64,000 bases of DNA from an uncultured Methanosarcinales archaeon (GTDB lineage Archaea > Nanobdellota > Nanobdellia > Woesearchaeales > CAZYIM01). The stretch covers positions 40,328-104,327 of the forward strand of contig CAZYIM010000001.1 of the NCBI GenBank assembly GCA_964647565.1. Direction: 5' to 3'. Shown one piece after another: positions 29,854 through 39,403 of this stretch (its first letter is position 1; every line of letters starts with the position of its first letter). The notes beneath the pieces are model-generated. The model did not search any database, was not told the DNA's origin, and saw only the letters and a program-made list of their open reading frames with translations. The position numbers and the translations under genes are program-made.

Positions 29854-30567
29854 ATGAGTAAAGAAAACAAAGAAAATAATGTAATACGAATCAGCAAATC
29901 GACTTTATGGATGTCAATCTCTGCTATCCTAGCGGTTTTGCTTGTGATTTCAATATTTACCGGCGGTTTTGGGGGAAAGACTTCTGCAACAGGTGCTGTT
30001 GTAGATGATAGTGCCAAAGCAGCCCAATCTCGAGATGCACAAAAGGCGCCTGGGGATTCAACAGACAACACAGCTATCGTGGTTGAAGGTAGAGCATTTA
30101 AGGGAGCTGAAGATGCCAAAGTAACAATAGTGGAATATTCGAGTTTTTCATGTGGATATTGTAATAGGGTAAGAGCAACAATAGACCAAATATTGGAAAA
30201 TTATCCAGATGATGTAAAGATTGTTTACAAGCATTTCACTAGAGGAGGAACCGATAGTATGACTGCTCAAGCAACTGAGTGTGCAGGAGATCAAGGAAAA
30301 TTCTGGGAAATGCACGATATCATATTTGACAAAGGATCCTCTGGCGATGTTAAAGGTTATGCTAAAGATATCGGTTTGGATGCTGACAGTTTTGCAGAAT
30401 GTCTTGATTCAGGAAAATATGCTTCAAGAGTTAATGAAGATACTTCAGAAGGACGTTCTTTGGGCATAAGAGGAACTCCAAGTTTTAATATTAATGGAGA
30501 ACTTGTAGTTGGAGCCCAACCATATAATGCATTCCAACAGGTAATCGATGCAGAGCTCGCAAAATGA
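29854..30567 (+). CDS. DsbA-family thioredoxin-fold protein
   Basis: N-terminal TM; EYSSFSCGYC, QGKFWEMHD, GIRGTPSF.ING, GAQPY. Confidence 0.9.
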   Translation: MSKENKENNVIRISKSTLWMSISAILAVLLVISIFTGGFGGKTSATGAVVDDSAKAAQSRDAQKAPGDSTDNTAIVVEGRAFKGAEDAKVTIVEYSSFSCGYCNRVRATIDQILENYPDDVKIVYKHFTRGGTDSMTAQATECAGDQGKFWEMHDIIFDKGSSGDVKGYAKDIGLDADSFAECLDSGKYASRVNEDTSEGRSLGIRGTPSFNINGELVVGAQPYNAFQQVIDAELAK

Positions 30568-30929
30568 AACTAAAAAGTATTTATTTTTTTTTAATTTTTA
30601 TTCTTTTAATAGTTGTAGTAGTTTTCCTTGTTAACCGCTCCAATGGCCCTGGCAAGTATGACACTTTTGCTCAGTGCCTAAGTGAAAAAGGAGCGGTTAT
30701 GTATGGTACTGAAGCGTGTAAATACTGCCAGTCACAAAAAGAGGATTTTGGCAGATCATTTAAGCATATTAATTATATTGGTTGCGATTATTCAAGAGAA
30801 GCTTGTTTAAGGGCTGACATCACGAACTATCCAACGTGGATTATCAATGAAACAAAACATACTGGAAGGCTACCATTATACAACCTGGCATCATTATCAG
30901 GATGTGAGTTAGTAGAGGATCTAGAATGA
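30564..30929 (+). CDS. Membrane-anchored thioredoxin-like protein (VKOR-partner-like)
   Basis: FAQCLSEKGAVMYGTEACKYCQSQK..FG and YPTW. Confidence 0.75.
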   Translation: MKLKSIYFFLIFILLIVVVVFLVNRSNGPGKYDTFAQCLSEKGAVMYGTEACKYCQSQKEDFGRSFKHINYIGCDYSREACLRADITNYPTWIINETKHTGRLPLYNLASLSGCELVEDLE

Positions 30930-31534
30930 AAAAAACATACAAACTGATCTTACTGGCCATGATTTTTGGCTTATTAGCAGGCACCCTTGCATCCCTGATA
31001 GTATTTAAGATCACAACCTCAGAAAACAATTTAGCTAAAGACTATTATCGAACAGAAACTCTGCTGCATGTAAGTCCTCACCATTTAAGGAAAGCAATGG
31101 ACAAGGGAGATAACAGTTTCATTCTTGTAGACTTAAGGAGTCCCGAAGAGTATGAGAATGAACATATTGTTGGTGCCATAAACATTCCAGCTTATAGGGA
31201 TCCTGATACTTCAGCATATAGTGATGTTGAAAGAATAGTTAAGATGTTCGATGCTCTTCCAAAAGACAAGGATATCATTGTCTACTGTTACAGCATACCC
31301 TGTATGACAGGCCGAAAAATCGGCAAAATGTTGGCAGAGCACGGGATTCTTGTTCAACAGCTGGGAATCGGATGGAATGAATGGAGATATTACTGGGATC
31401 TTTGGAATCATGAACATGAATGGAATGTTACTAATGTCAAAAATTATATCATAAATGGAACCGAACCCGGGATTATTAAGCAAAACATTAATAAGACTGA
31501 AAGTTGTTCTATTAAAGGGGAATATGGTTGTTGA
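30926..31534 (+). CDS. Rhodanese-like domain protein
   Basis: LVDLRSPEEYENEHIVGAINIP and IIVYCYS...C. Confidence 0.85.
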   Translation: MKKTYKLILLAMIFGLLAGTLASLIVFKITTSENNLAKDYYRTETLLHVSPHHLRKAMDKGDNSFILVDLRSPEEYENEHIVGAINIPAYRDPDTSAYSDVERIVKMFDALPKDKDIIVYCYSIPCMTGRKIGKMLAEHGILVQQLGIGWNEWRYYWDLWNHEHEWNVTNVKNYIINGTEPGIIKQNINKTESCSIKGEYGC

Positions 31535-31608
31535 GGGAAATAATCTAAGATTGTCTTTCAACTATGTAAAAAATGGGCTATATTGAAAAGCAAAGAACCC
31601 TGATAAAT

Positions 31609-32172
31609 TTAATGAAACTGCCGGCATTTCTGGTCACAATTTATCTGTTTCTCATTGTCATAGTCAATGTTAAGCGGCAGGATCAGATCATTGGCTGAAC
31701 TGATGACAATATTCATCTCCATGTCCTTGACCTTGGGATTGCCTCTAAGGTGACAGTTGACTATGCCTTCAAGACGTTTTAGATTAGTCGCCATGAAAAA
31801 AAGGCAGAGATTGTACTTGCCAGACATGATAAGTGCATTGATGAAGAAAGGACAGTTCTTGAATTCGCTTATGGTTGCGGCTGTATCTGTAGAGTTGACC
31901 TCTATCTTGGCCAATCTAAGATCGACCTTCCTGAAATTGACTCCGCTAAGATTACATAATATGCCTTTTTTCCTTAATCTCTTCAGTCTAGCTCCAACAG
32001 ATGGCTGCGAAAGCTTGATCTTCTTGGCTATCTCTTCCTGTGAGATATGGGGATCCTTTTGGATCATTGATAAGATGGTGTTATCCCTGTCATCCAGACC
32101 AAGCTTTTCGTTGAATTCCAGGTTTTTCTTGAACTTCTCAATTTTTTTGTAATTTTGTTCTCGTCGAGCCAT
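31609..32172 (-). CDS. Lrp/AsnC family transcriptional regulator
   Basis: LDDRDNTILSMIQKDP.ISQEEIAKKIKLSQPSV.ARLKRL; SGKYNL. Confidence 0.88.
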   Translation of the reverse strand: MARREQNYKKIEKFKKNLEFNEKLGLDDRDNTILSMIQKDPHISQEEIAKKIKLSQPSVGARLKRLRKKGILCNLSGVNFRKVDLRLAKIEVNSTDTAATISEFKNCPFFINALIMSGKYNLCLFFMATNLKRLEGIVNCHLRGNPKVKDMEMNIVISSANDLILPLNIDYDNEKQINCDQKCRQFH

Positions 32173-32307
32173 TTTACAATCATAGATAAATACTAACTAA
32201 TATATAAATTTTTCCTTTGAAATATAAGTTAATATACGATATTCACATAAAATATAGCGGTTATATTTATATATTTATATATTAAATATAGAAATTGGTG
32301 TTAAAAA

Positions 32308-32520
32308 ATGGCTGCAAAACAAAATATCATAAACAAGGATATGCTAATAGGTGACGTAATAAAGAAGCATCCTATGCTTGTTGAGACCATGAGGGACCAT
32401 GGCATGAACTGTGTTGGCTGTCATATTGCCAGTTGGGAAACCATTGAACAGGCAGCCGAGGGACACGGTATCAATGTTAACAGGCTAGTGGATGAACTTA
32501 ACAAGAACAGGAGTGAGTAA
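32308..32520 (+). CDS. DUF1858 (hybrid-cluster-associated redox disulfide) domain protein
   Basis: INKDMLIGDVIKKHP...GMNCVGC..ASWETIEQAAEGHG. Confidence 0.85.
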   Translation: MAAKQNIINKDMLIGDVIKKHPMLVETMRDHGMNCVGCHIASWETIEQAAEGHGINVNRLVDELNKNRSE

Positions 32521-32521
32521 A

Positions 32522-32659
32522 ATGGAACAAGAAATCGTCTGCCAAAAAGGCCATTGCGAAGATGTCTATGATCCGAACACTGAAATAGAACATATTTCTG
32601 ATCCTGACAACATTGTCGATCAGATCGAACAGGATCTGTTTTCCACGATGATCGGATGA
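32522..32659 (+). CDS. 45-aa acidic small ORF (MEQEIVCQKGHCEDVY...) not in the ORF track
   Basis: ATG 1 nt after the DUF1858 stop; CxxxHC motif. Confidence 0.45.
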   Translation: MEQEIVCQKGHCEDVYDPNTEIEHISDPDNIVDQIEQDLFSTMIG

Positions 32660-32776
32660 ATAGCCCCCACGCGCCCCCGCGCCCTTGGCTATTCATCCTG
32701 ATATTCCAAATCTAAAAATACAGTTAGTAAAAACTTACTAGTATTGTCTATAATACAAATCTGGGAGGTAAAGAGA

Positions 32777-33244
32777 ATGACATGGCTATCTGAAATAATG
32801 CTGAATGATCACTGCCAGATTGAACAGCTTCTAAACAGGCTAAGGGTCAGTATGGAAGTAGATGATGGAGATAAAGAAGAGAATTTCCAGAAATTCAAAT
32901 GGGCTCTGGAAAAGCATTTTTTTATCGAGGAAAATGCAGTTTTAGATCTCTTCAAAAACCCACATATCGGAGTATATCGAGAAATTTCAGGAATACTAAA
33001 GGATCATGACAGGATATTAAGGTTATTGAAGGAAAAGGAAAACCAATTTGAGGAAACAGGACAGTTTGAGATGTCAGACCTAATCAAGGTCTTGTTGAAG
33101 CACAAGCAATACGAAGATAAGCATATCTATCCCTTATTAGATACAAAACTCAGTCCTGAACTTAAAAATAAGATAATCCACAGAATCGACAAAGAAAATA
33201 AACGTCAGCAATTCACAAAAATAAATAATCTGACAGGAGGTTAA
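32777..33244 (+). CDS. Hemerythrin domain protein
   Basis: DH..I, HFFIEE, DHD.I and HKQYED hemerythrin ligand pattern; GGAGGT RBS. Confidence 0.8.
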   Translation: MTWLSEIMLNDHCQIEQLLNRLRVSMEVDDGDKEENFQKFKWALEKHFFIEENAVLDLFKNPHIGVYREISGILKDHDRILRLLKEKENQFEETGQFEMSDLIKVLLKHKQYEDKHIYPLLDTKLSPELKNKIIHRIDKENKRQQFTKINNLTGG

Positions 33245-33245
33245 A

Positions 33246-33389
33246 ATGTGTTATGCATGCAGTTCAGCTGAAAGCCAGTATAAGTCAAATGCTGTTTCAG
33301 AACTGGCTAGGAGTATATGGGCGGGCATGACCGTCATAGCAACGTATCATCGAGACGTTTCAATAGGTACAAGTATGTACAAGGGGTGA
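33246..33389 (+). CDS. 47-aa small ORF (MCYACSSAESQ...) not in the ORF track
   Basis: GGAGGT RBS, N-terminal CxxC, fills the gap between two operon genes. Confidence 0.5.
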   Translation: MCYACSSAESQYKSNAVSELARSIWAGMTVIATYHRDVSIGTSMYKG

Positions 33390-33395
33390 GTTGAT

Positions 33396-33677
33396 ATGAA
33401 AAAAACAAGGATGGAGGATATTTTACCGGAATATGAAGGGGCCTGCAGTCCTAGAGTTGAAGCTTATGCAAGAAAAGATCCTGATGAACTGATCATCGAT
33501 CTTAAGAACAAGAGATTCTTACCTGCAAGGGAGATAGGATACCTTATCGGAGTATATAAGAGGTTAGATCAACACGGAGGAGAAGTCAAGCTCGTCAATG
33601 TCAGCAGGCCAGTCGAGAAGGTGCTGAATATACTGAATCTTCAAGATAAACTAATATATAACCAGGAGGTAAGATGA
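33396..33677 (+). CDS. STAS domain protein (anti-anti-sigma-like)
   Basis: LIIDL..KRFL..REIGYLIGVYKRL...GGEVKLVNV...VEKVL.IL. Confidence 0.7.
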   Translation: MKKTRMEDILPEYEGACSPRVEAYARKDPDELIIDLKNKRFLPAREIGYLIGVYKRLDQHGGEVKLVNVSRPVEKVLNILNLQDKLIYNQEVR

Positions 33678-34066
33678 TGGATGCAATCAAAAAACGGAAT
33701 TTTGTCATCACTGGTATGAGCTGCGGACATTGTGAGCAGACTATCGAAGAGATACTTTCTGCCATTGATGGCGTAACAGAGGTTAATGCAAACAGCGGGT
33801 CAGGCGTAGTCAATATAGAGTATGATCTGGGCAAGACCAATTTCCAGGCTGTTGAGAATGCTATTGAGGAATCAAGCTACAAGCTCTCAAAAAAATTCTC
33901 AGAGAAGCAAAAGAGACAAGGGATTCATTTCACAGAGCAGCAGGAGTTTAATAAGATGAACCAATATGAAAAAAACTGCGGTGGTTACAGCTTCAATTTC
34001 TATTGTGGTGAACAAGATAGAAAGCTGACCAACCAGATCGATAAGGTTATGGAGAAACTAAATTAA
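33674..34066 (+). CDS. Heavy-metal-associated (HMA) domain protein with C-terminal extension
   Basis: GMSCGHC motif. Confidence 0.8.
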   Translation: MMDAIKKRNFVITGMSCGHCEQTIEEILSAIDGVTEVNANSGSGVVNIEYDLGKTNFQAVENAIEESSYKLSKKFSEKQKRQGIHFTEQQEFNKMNQYEKNCGGYSFNFYCGEQDRKLTNQIDKVMEKLN

Positions 34067-34116
34067 ATAGATAAAATTTAAAAACATAGGTTACTAAACT
34101 CCAAGCAGGGGGTATT

Positions 34117-34617
34117 ATGATGAATGAGGAACTTGCTAATGCACTAAAGACTGCCTTGGAGTTTGAGGAGAAAGGGTACAAAATCTATGAACAGGCTTCT
34201 AAAAAAACCAACAATCCTATTGTTGCCAAGACCTTTGCATATCTGGCAGAACAGGAACTGAACCATATAAGCGAGATAGAAGGATTTCTGGACAACAATG
34301 AAATTGATCTTAAGGGCGACAAGCCTGAAGAGACCAAGAAATTCTTCATGATGACCACAGATGAATTCAAGGAGAAGACTGAGCTTTCTGATGATGACAT
34401 CCAGGCTCATGAAACCGCAATGGAACTTGAAAAAATTGCATATGAATTCTACAAGAAAGAATTGGAAACTGTTGAGGATTATGATTTGAAACTGTTCTTC
34501 ACATTCCTTATGGAACAGGAAAACGCTCATTTCATGCTCGTGCAAAAGGCTCTCGACTTTATCAAGGATCCTATTGATTTTTTTGCACAGGAGGAGGAAT
34601 GGATGTTTGAAGGTTAA
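34117..34617 (+). CDS. Ferritin-like/rubrerythrin family protein
   Basis: ALEFEEKG..FY, EQELNH, AMELEK..YEFY, EQENAH. Confidence 0.85.
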   Translation: MMNEELANALKTALEFEEKGYKIYEQASKKTNNPIVAKTFAYLAEQELNHISEIEGFLDNNEIDLKGDKPEETKKFFMMTTDEFKEKTELSDDDIQAHETAMELEKIAYEFYKKELETVEDYDLKLFFTFLMEQENAHFMLVQKALDFIKDPIDFFAQEEEWMFEG

Positions 34618-34618
34618 A

Positions 34619-35338
34619 ATGACTGAACATACTGGCGAACTGGTGGAAATCAGGGATGAGACTCTGGATGTAAGGACATTCAGGATAAAACTAGATGATA
34701 AAGTTAATTTTATATCAGGCCAGTACTGCATGGTCTCGATTCCAGGTTCAAACGTAAGTGAGAAAAAACCTCTCACATTTGTAAATTCCCCCACAGAAAA
34801 AGGCTATGTCGAGCTGACTGTCAAGAAGATAGGCAAGTTCACGTCCTCACTTTTTGAGTTAAAGCCAGGAGATGAATTAAAGATTGATGGTCCGATGGGA
34901 GAGAACTTGAATTTTGATGGGCATGTTAAGGAGGATGTTGTGTTCATTGCAGGAGGATCTGGCATAACCCCCTTCATCTCTAGCATAAGATATGCTGTTG
35001 CAAAAGGGCTTTCTAATCATATAATCTTGTTTTTCAGCAACAGGAGTGCAAAAGACATCATTTATAGTGCAGAACTCCAGAGCATTAATAAAGACAATAT
35101 AACAATCATCAATACATTATCAAATGAATGGCCAAAAGATTGGAAAGGTGAGACCGGCTGGATTGACAAGGCCATGATCACGAAGTATGTTAAAAATCCT
35201 GAAAAAAAGATCTGGTATCTCTGCGGTCCGCCACCAATGGTCCATGCAATGCTTAGCCTTCTTCATGAGATGGGTATTTCTGATCAAAATATAAGAGTTG
35301 AACACTGGGAGATACCAGGAAAACAAAGGCAAGAGTGA
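34619..35338 (+). CDS. FAD/NAD(P)-binding ferredoxin reductase-type oxidoreductase
   Basis: F.SGQY, GPMG, IAGGSGITPF, YLCGPPPMV. Confidence 0.9.
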   Translation: MTEHTGELVEIRDETLDVRTFRIKLDDKVNFISGQYCMVSIPGSNVSEKKPLTFVNSPTEKGYVELTVKKIGKFTSSLFELKPGDELKIDGPMGENLNFDGHVKEDVVFIAGGSGITPFISSIRYAVAKGLSNHIILFFSNRSAKDIIYSAELQSINKDNITIINTLSNEWPKDWKGETGWIDKAMITKYVKNPEKKIWYLCGPPPMVHAMLSLLHEMGISDQNIRVEHWEIPGKQRQE

Positions 35339-35862
35339 ATAAAATGGTAAAACTTTGGAGATGTAAGATTTGCGGAGATCCTTATATAGGAGACGAACCA
35401 CCAAGCAAGTGCCCATTTTGCGGCGCTTATCAAAATTTTATAGTTGAAGCTAAAGACTATAAGGAGACTTTTGATATTGAGCTGAATAAAAAAGATAAGG
35501 CCAATGCTACAAAAGCCCTCGAGGTAGAGATATCAAATGCACAGTTCTATTTCTGTGCTGCTGGAAAGACAGATGATCCAGAAGGAAAACAGCTCTTCAA
35601 GGCTCTTGGCAAGGTTGAGGCAGAACATGCATCTATCTGGCGAAAGATCCTAAAACTGCCAAAAGAGTCCAGCCTTAAGTCTGAAGAATGTTCAACCAGC
35701 ACTCACGACAACCTGGAGGAATCTCATGCAAGGGAAGATAGAGCCATAGAATTTTACAGGCAGGCTGCAAAAGAATCTAAGAACCTCAGGGTAAAGCAGA
35801 TATTTATTGCCCTGGTGCAAATAGAAACAGATCATCTAGAGCTTTCAGAAGAGAGACTATAA
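35335..35862 (+). CDS. Rubredoxin-rubrerythrin family protein
   Basis: WRCKICG...CPFCG plus EAEHA/ETDH diiron motifs. Confidence 0.88.
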   Translation: MNKMVKLWRCKICGDPYIGDEPPSKCPFCGAYQNFIVEAKDYKETFDIELNKKDKANATKALEVEISNAQFYFCAAGKTDDPEGKQLFKALGKVEAEHASIWRKILKLPKESSLKSEECSTSTHDNLEESHAREDRAIEFYRQAAKESKNLRVKQIFIALVQIETDHLELSEERL

Positions 35863-35875
35863 GGAGGTAGTCAGA

Positions 35876-36103
35876 ATGACCAAGGTAAAAGTTTATTCAA
35901 CACCGACTTGCCCATGGTGCAAAAAGGTGAAGGATTTCTTAAAAGAGAAAAATGTAGAGTTCGAGGATCTCAATGTGGTGGAGAACCAGGATGCCAGAGC
36001 AGAGATGATCGACAAGTCAGGGCAGATGGGAGTTCCAGTACTTGATATTGGCGGCGAGATCATAGTTGGTTTTGACCAGGAAGCCATTGAGAAGCTTCTT
36101 TAA
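35876..36103 (+). CDS. Glutaredoxin-like protein
   Basis: YSTPTCPWC and GQMGVPV...GFD. Confidence 0.9.
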   Translation: MTKVKVYSTPTCPWCKKVKDFLKEKNVEFEDLNVVENQDARAEMIDKSGQMGVPVLDIGGEIIVGFDQEAIEKLL

Positions 36104-36104
36104 A

Positions 36105-37004
36105 ATGTACGACACAATTATCATCGGCGCAGGCATAGCTGGCTTGACTGCAGCTCTTTATGCAGCCAGGAAAAGGATGAAATATGAGATCATCTCTACT
36201 GATTTTGGTGGCCAGTTCATGGTCAGCGGGGATGTTTTGAACTATCCTGGCATTCCAAAGACCACTGGCGCGGATTTTAGCGCAACTCTTGAAAAGCAGA
36301 TGAAGTTAAACGATGTGCAGGTCAAGATAGAGACAGTCAAGGAAGTCAAGAAAGATGGCAATATCTTCAGGATCATCACCAATAAGGCTGAATATGAAAC
36401 CAAGACTGTTATTATTGCAACAGGTGCTATCCCAAGGAAGCTTAATGTGCCTGGCGAAGAGAGATTGGCCAGGAAAGGAGTTGCCTATTGCTCTATATGT
36501 GACGGACCATTGTTTTCTGGCATGAATGTTGCTATTGTCGGAGGCGGTGATGCTGCATTAGAAGCTGTTGATTTCATGAAGGACATTGCAGCCAAGATCT
36601 TCTTGATTGTCAGGGGAGACGAATTCACAGCCCATGAATACCTGCAGGAGGCTGTCATGAAATTGAAGAACCTCGAAGTGATCTATAACGCCAGCACAAA
36701 GGACGTTCTTGGGAAAAAGTTTGTCACAGGCCTTAAGTATGAGCAGGATGGTAAAGAGAAAGAGCTTGCTCTGCAGGGTGTGATCATTGAGATTGGAAGA
36801 GTACCCAACACAGAAATCTTCAAGGACTTGGTTAAACTGGACGATCATAAACATATCCAGATTGACTGCAGGACCTATACATCTGTAGAGGGCGTCTTTG
36901 CAGCAGGCGACTGCGCCTCAGGCCACGAATACCAGTATGTGATTGCTGCGGGACAGGGCTGTATGGCTCTGATAAAAGCAGCGAGGTATCTGGCAGGAAA
37001 ATGA
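36105..37004 (+). CDS. trxB: Thioredoxin-disulfide reductase family protein
   Basis: IIGAGIAGLTAA, IATGA, YCSICDG, VGGGDAA, FAAGD. Confidence 0.88.
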   Translation: MYDTIIIGAGIAGLTAALYAARKRMKYEIISTDFGGQFMVSGDVLNYPGIPKTTGADFSATLEKQMKLNDVQVKIETVKEVKKDGNIFRIITNKAEYETKTVIIATGAIPRKLNVPGEERLARKGVAYCSICDGPLFSGMNVAIVGGGDAALEAVDFMKDIAAKIFLIVRGDEFTAHEYLQEAVMKLKNLEVIYNASTKDVLGKKFVTGLKYEQDGKEKELALQGVIIEIGRVPNTEIFKDLVKLDDHKHIQIDCRTYTSVEGVFAAGDCASGHEYQYVIAAGQGCMALIKAARYLAGK

Positions 37005-37261
37005 ACAGATCAATACTAAACTATATCATAGATGTGGGATTGGCAATCACCTTTCTTATTTCAGCTGTCACAGGCATCATCAAGTTCCCTGAGCTGACTA
37101 AGTATTTTAGGGCAGTATACTTAACGATCCCAGCAAGGACCCTTAACTTTTTGCATGACTGGTCAGGTATTGTGATGACCGCGTTGGTTTTGGTACATAT
37201 CATTCTTCACTGGAAATGGATAGTTGCCATGACCAAGAAGATATTTGGGAAGAAGAAATAG
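37001..37261 (+). CDS. DUF4405 (cytochrome b-like) membrane protein
   Basis: SAVTGI, LHDWSG..MTALVLVHIILHWKW. Confidence 0.8.
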   Translation: MNRSILNYIIDVGLAITFLISAVTGIIKFPELTKYFRAVYLTIPARTLNFLHDWSGIVMTALVLVHIILHWKWIVAMTKKIFGKKK

Positions 37262-37271
37262 GTGTTCAACA

Positions 37272-38132
37272 ATGAAAAATCTCATATATATTTTAATTAG
37301 TCTGGCACTGATCATAGCTGGCTGTACCTCTGGGCCTGCAAATGATACAACAGGTTCGCCAAAGGGAAGCATCATGATAGAGAAGATCGGCAGCTTTGAT
37401 TTCAATGTTTCAGATATAAAGACCATACGGCCGGATATATTTGTAGATGGGCAGTTCTCTGTCTTTGATATCCTTGCTCATCTTGATGATCAGGGGCTAA
37501 TCGATATGGAATATGAATTTGATCAGACCATGAACACCCACGTCATTGAATCCATCAATGGAGAATCAGATTGGTGGCATATGGTATATTATGACGGCGG
37601 CTGGCCAGAGAACAATGTTTTTAGGATGGACCACTATCCTTACAAGCAGAAGATGTACATAAGGGTGATGAAAGAGGACAAGCCTATGCTGGATGAGATG
37701 TACGACATCTTCAGCAAGGAAGTGATGCGAAAGGAACAGAACAATGAAAAAGTAATAATCCCTGAAGTAATCATCAAGGGTCCAAAGACCAATATCCGGC
37801 TTAATAATGTTGAAGTTGAAGCCCATGATTTGAGAAATGACACATTCCAAAAAGGCGTGATAACTGCTATTGATGTCATCATGAGCCTCCAGGACCAAAA
37901 GGAACTTAGTTATGATCTTCAATGGTATGAATCTATTGGCAGTGCCAGGATTGTCAAGAGCTATTGGGTGGAAAGGATCAACGAGGATCAGGCGCATGGC
38001 AGGTGCGGCTTTGTCTATGAAGCAGGATCAAAGCAGTACTCTGGATTCAGGGGCAACCACATTCACTTGCCATCAGATTCAAGAGTGCTCAACTCACCAG
38101 AATATGTCGAATTTTTTTGGATATGCTTATAA
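37272..38132 (+). CDS. Lipoprotein with an internal two-domain repeat, function unknown
   Basis: IIAGC lipobox; RPDIFVDGQFSVFDIL resembles RNDTFQKGVITAIDVI. Confidence 0.7.
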   Translation: MKNLIYILISLALIIAGCTSGPANDTTGSPKGSIMIEKIGSFDFNVSDIKTIRPDIFVDGQFSVFDILAHLDDQGLIDMEYEFDQTMNTHVIESINGESDWWHMVYYDGGWPENNVFRMDHYPYKQKMYIRVMKEDKPMLDEMYDIFSKEVMRKEQNNEKVIIPEVIIKGPKTNIRLNNVEVEAHDLRNDTFQKGVITAIDVIMSLQDQKELSYDLQWYESIGSARIVKSYWVERINEDQAHGRCGFVYEAGSKQYSGFRGNHIHLPSDSRVLNSPEYVEFFWICL

Positions 38133-38203
38133 AAAAAACGAGGTACTGAGAAATCAAAATAGGTTTGGTACTACAAGAATCAAAGATTAGTGAGGTAAAT
38201 AAA

Positions 38204-38581
38204 ATGGAAAAGAACGATGTATACAAATGTAATTTGTGTGGAAATATTGTTGAACTAGCGCATGTCGGAGGCGGACAACTGGTCTGCTGCGGACAGCCCA
38301 TGGAGGCTTTGGAAGAGAAGACCTCTGAATTAGAAGGCAATGAAAAACACGTCCCTGTGGTTGAAAAGACAGAGAAGGGAGTGCTTGTAAAGGTCGGCTC
38401 TGTTGCTCATCCAATGGAAGACGATCATTTCATAGAGTTCATTGAACTGATTGTAGGGGATAGGGTGCTAAGAAAATATCTCAAGCCAGGCGATGCTCCA
38501 GAAGCACTTTTCTGTGTTTGTTCAGAAAGCGAGATGACTGCCAGAGAATATTGCACCAAGCACGGTTTATGGAAGAGTTAG
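38204..38581 (+). CDS. dfx: Desulfoferrodoxin (superoxide reductase)
   Basis: [10 protein letters not shown]...[26 protein letters not shown]. Confidence 0.95.
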   Translation: MEKNDVYKCNLCGNIVELAHVGGGQLVCCGQPMEALEEKTSELEGNEKHVPVVEKTEKGVLVKVGSVAHPMEDDHFIEFIELIVGDRVLRKYLKPGDAPEALFCVCSESEMTAREYCTKHGLWKS

Positions 38582-38586
38582 TTTTT

Positions 38587-39330
38587 TTATTTTATTTCTA
38601 TCTCTGTAAAAAGAGGATAGTGATCTGAGAACAAGGGCTTTTTTATCACTCTGCTCTTGATTGTTACCCTGTCAGATGAATTTATATTGGCAAGGATATA
38701 ATCTATCTTATCATCTGTCTTTGATGAAAGATTAGATGTCTGGGTTGCATATTTATTTGATAAGGAGTAAGTATTTTCATTATTAAGATCTGGTTCAAAA
38801 AGCACGTTGTTCCTTAAGAAAAGATCATAGGACAAATTTAGATCTCCTGCAAGGATTGAATTATTACCACGACATAACATGGATAATAGCCTGAATTGGC
38901 TGAGTGTAATTTTAAGCTCATTCGGTTGATTAGCTGAGTAAAGATGGGTATTGAGAATCAATAGTGTGCTGTCGCCAAATGGAATCTCTGTCATCAAGAA
39001 TCCCTTTTTAGCCAGTCGCTCGACAAGATTGTATTTTTCAGTGATTCCGAAAAAATGGAATTCAAACAGATAGGGTCTTTCCTTAGTGAATATCACAAGG
39101 CCAGGAGCATTGATGAACCTTTTTGGGAAGGCAGAGACATAATAATCACCCAAGCTTCGATGAAGCCGTTTTATATATTTGCTTAAGAAGACCTCCTGAA
39201 GGGTTATTATATCAGGCTGAAGCTCCTTGACCATCTTGATAAATCGCGCAAATCTTTTTTTCTGGTCTCTTGCAAACGGTTTTGGAAGAAGCCATAGATT
39301 AAGATTTAAAATAGTAATCTTTTTACTCAT
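38587..39330 (-). CDS. Endonuclease/exonuclease/phosphatase family protein
   Basis: NLN, LQEV, NTHL, AGDLN, IDYI, SDHYP. Confidence 0.88.
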   Translation of the reverse strand: MSKKITILNLNLWLLPKPFARDQKKRFARFIKMVKELQPDIITLQEVFLSKYIKRLHRSLGDYYVSAFPKRFINAPGLVIFTKERPYLFEFHFFGITEKYNLVERLAKKGFLMTEIPFGDSTLLILNTHLYSANQPNELKITLSQFRLLSMLCRGNNSILAGDLNLSYDLFLRNNVLFEPDLNNENTYSLSNKYATQTSNLSSKTDDKIDYILANINSSDRVTIKSRVIKKPLFSDHYPLFTEIEIK

Positions 39331-39403
39331 ACAACCACCGGATTTAATTTATGAACAACCTTTTGTGATAATAAATTGAAAATAGTATATTAATCTATTG
39401 GTT

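Noticed and set aside
32663-32690. GC-rich tract GCCCCCACGCGCCCCCGCGCCC (G-rich on the minus strand)
   Set aside because: A single short occurrence with no pairing partner or second copy; noted only as context.
34144-34794. 216-aa minus-strand ORF and similar antisense ORFs (e.g. 26172-26738, 737-1225, 24144-24536)
   Set aside because: They are shadows of well-supported plus-strand genes, with no motifs or RBS.
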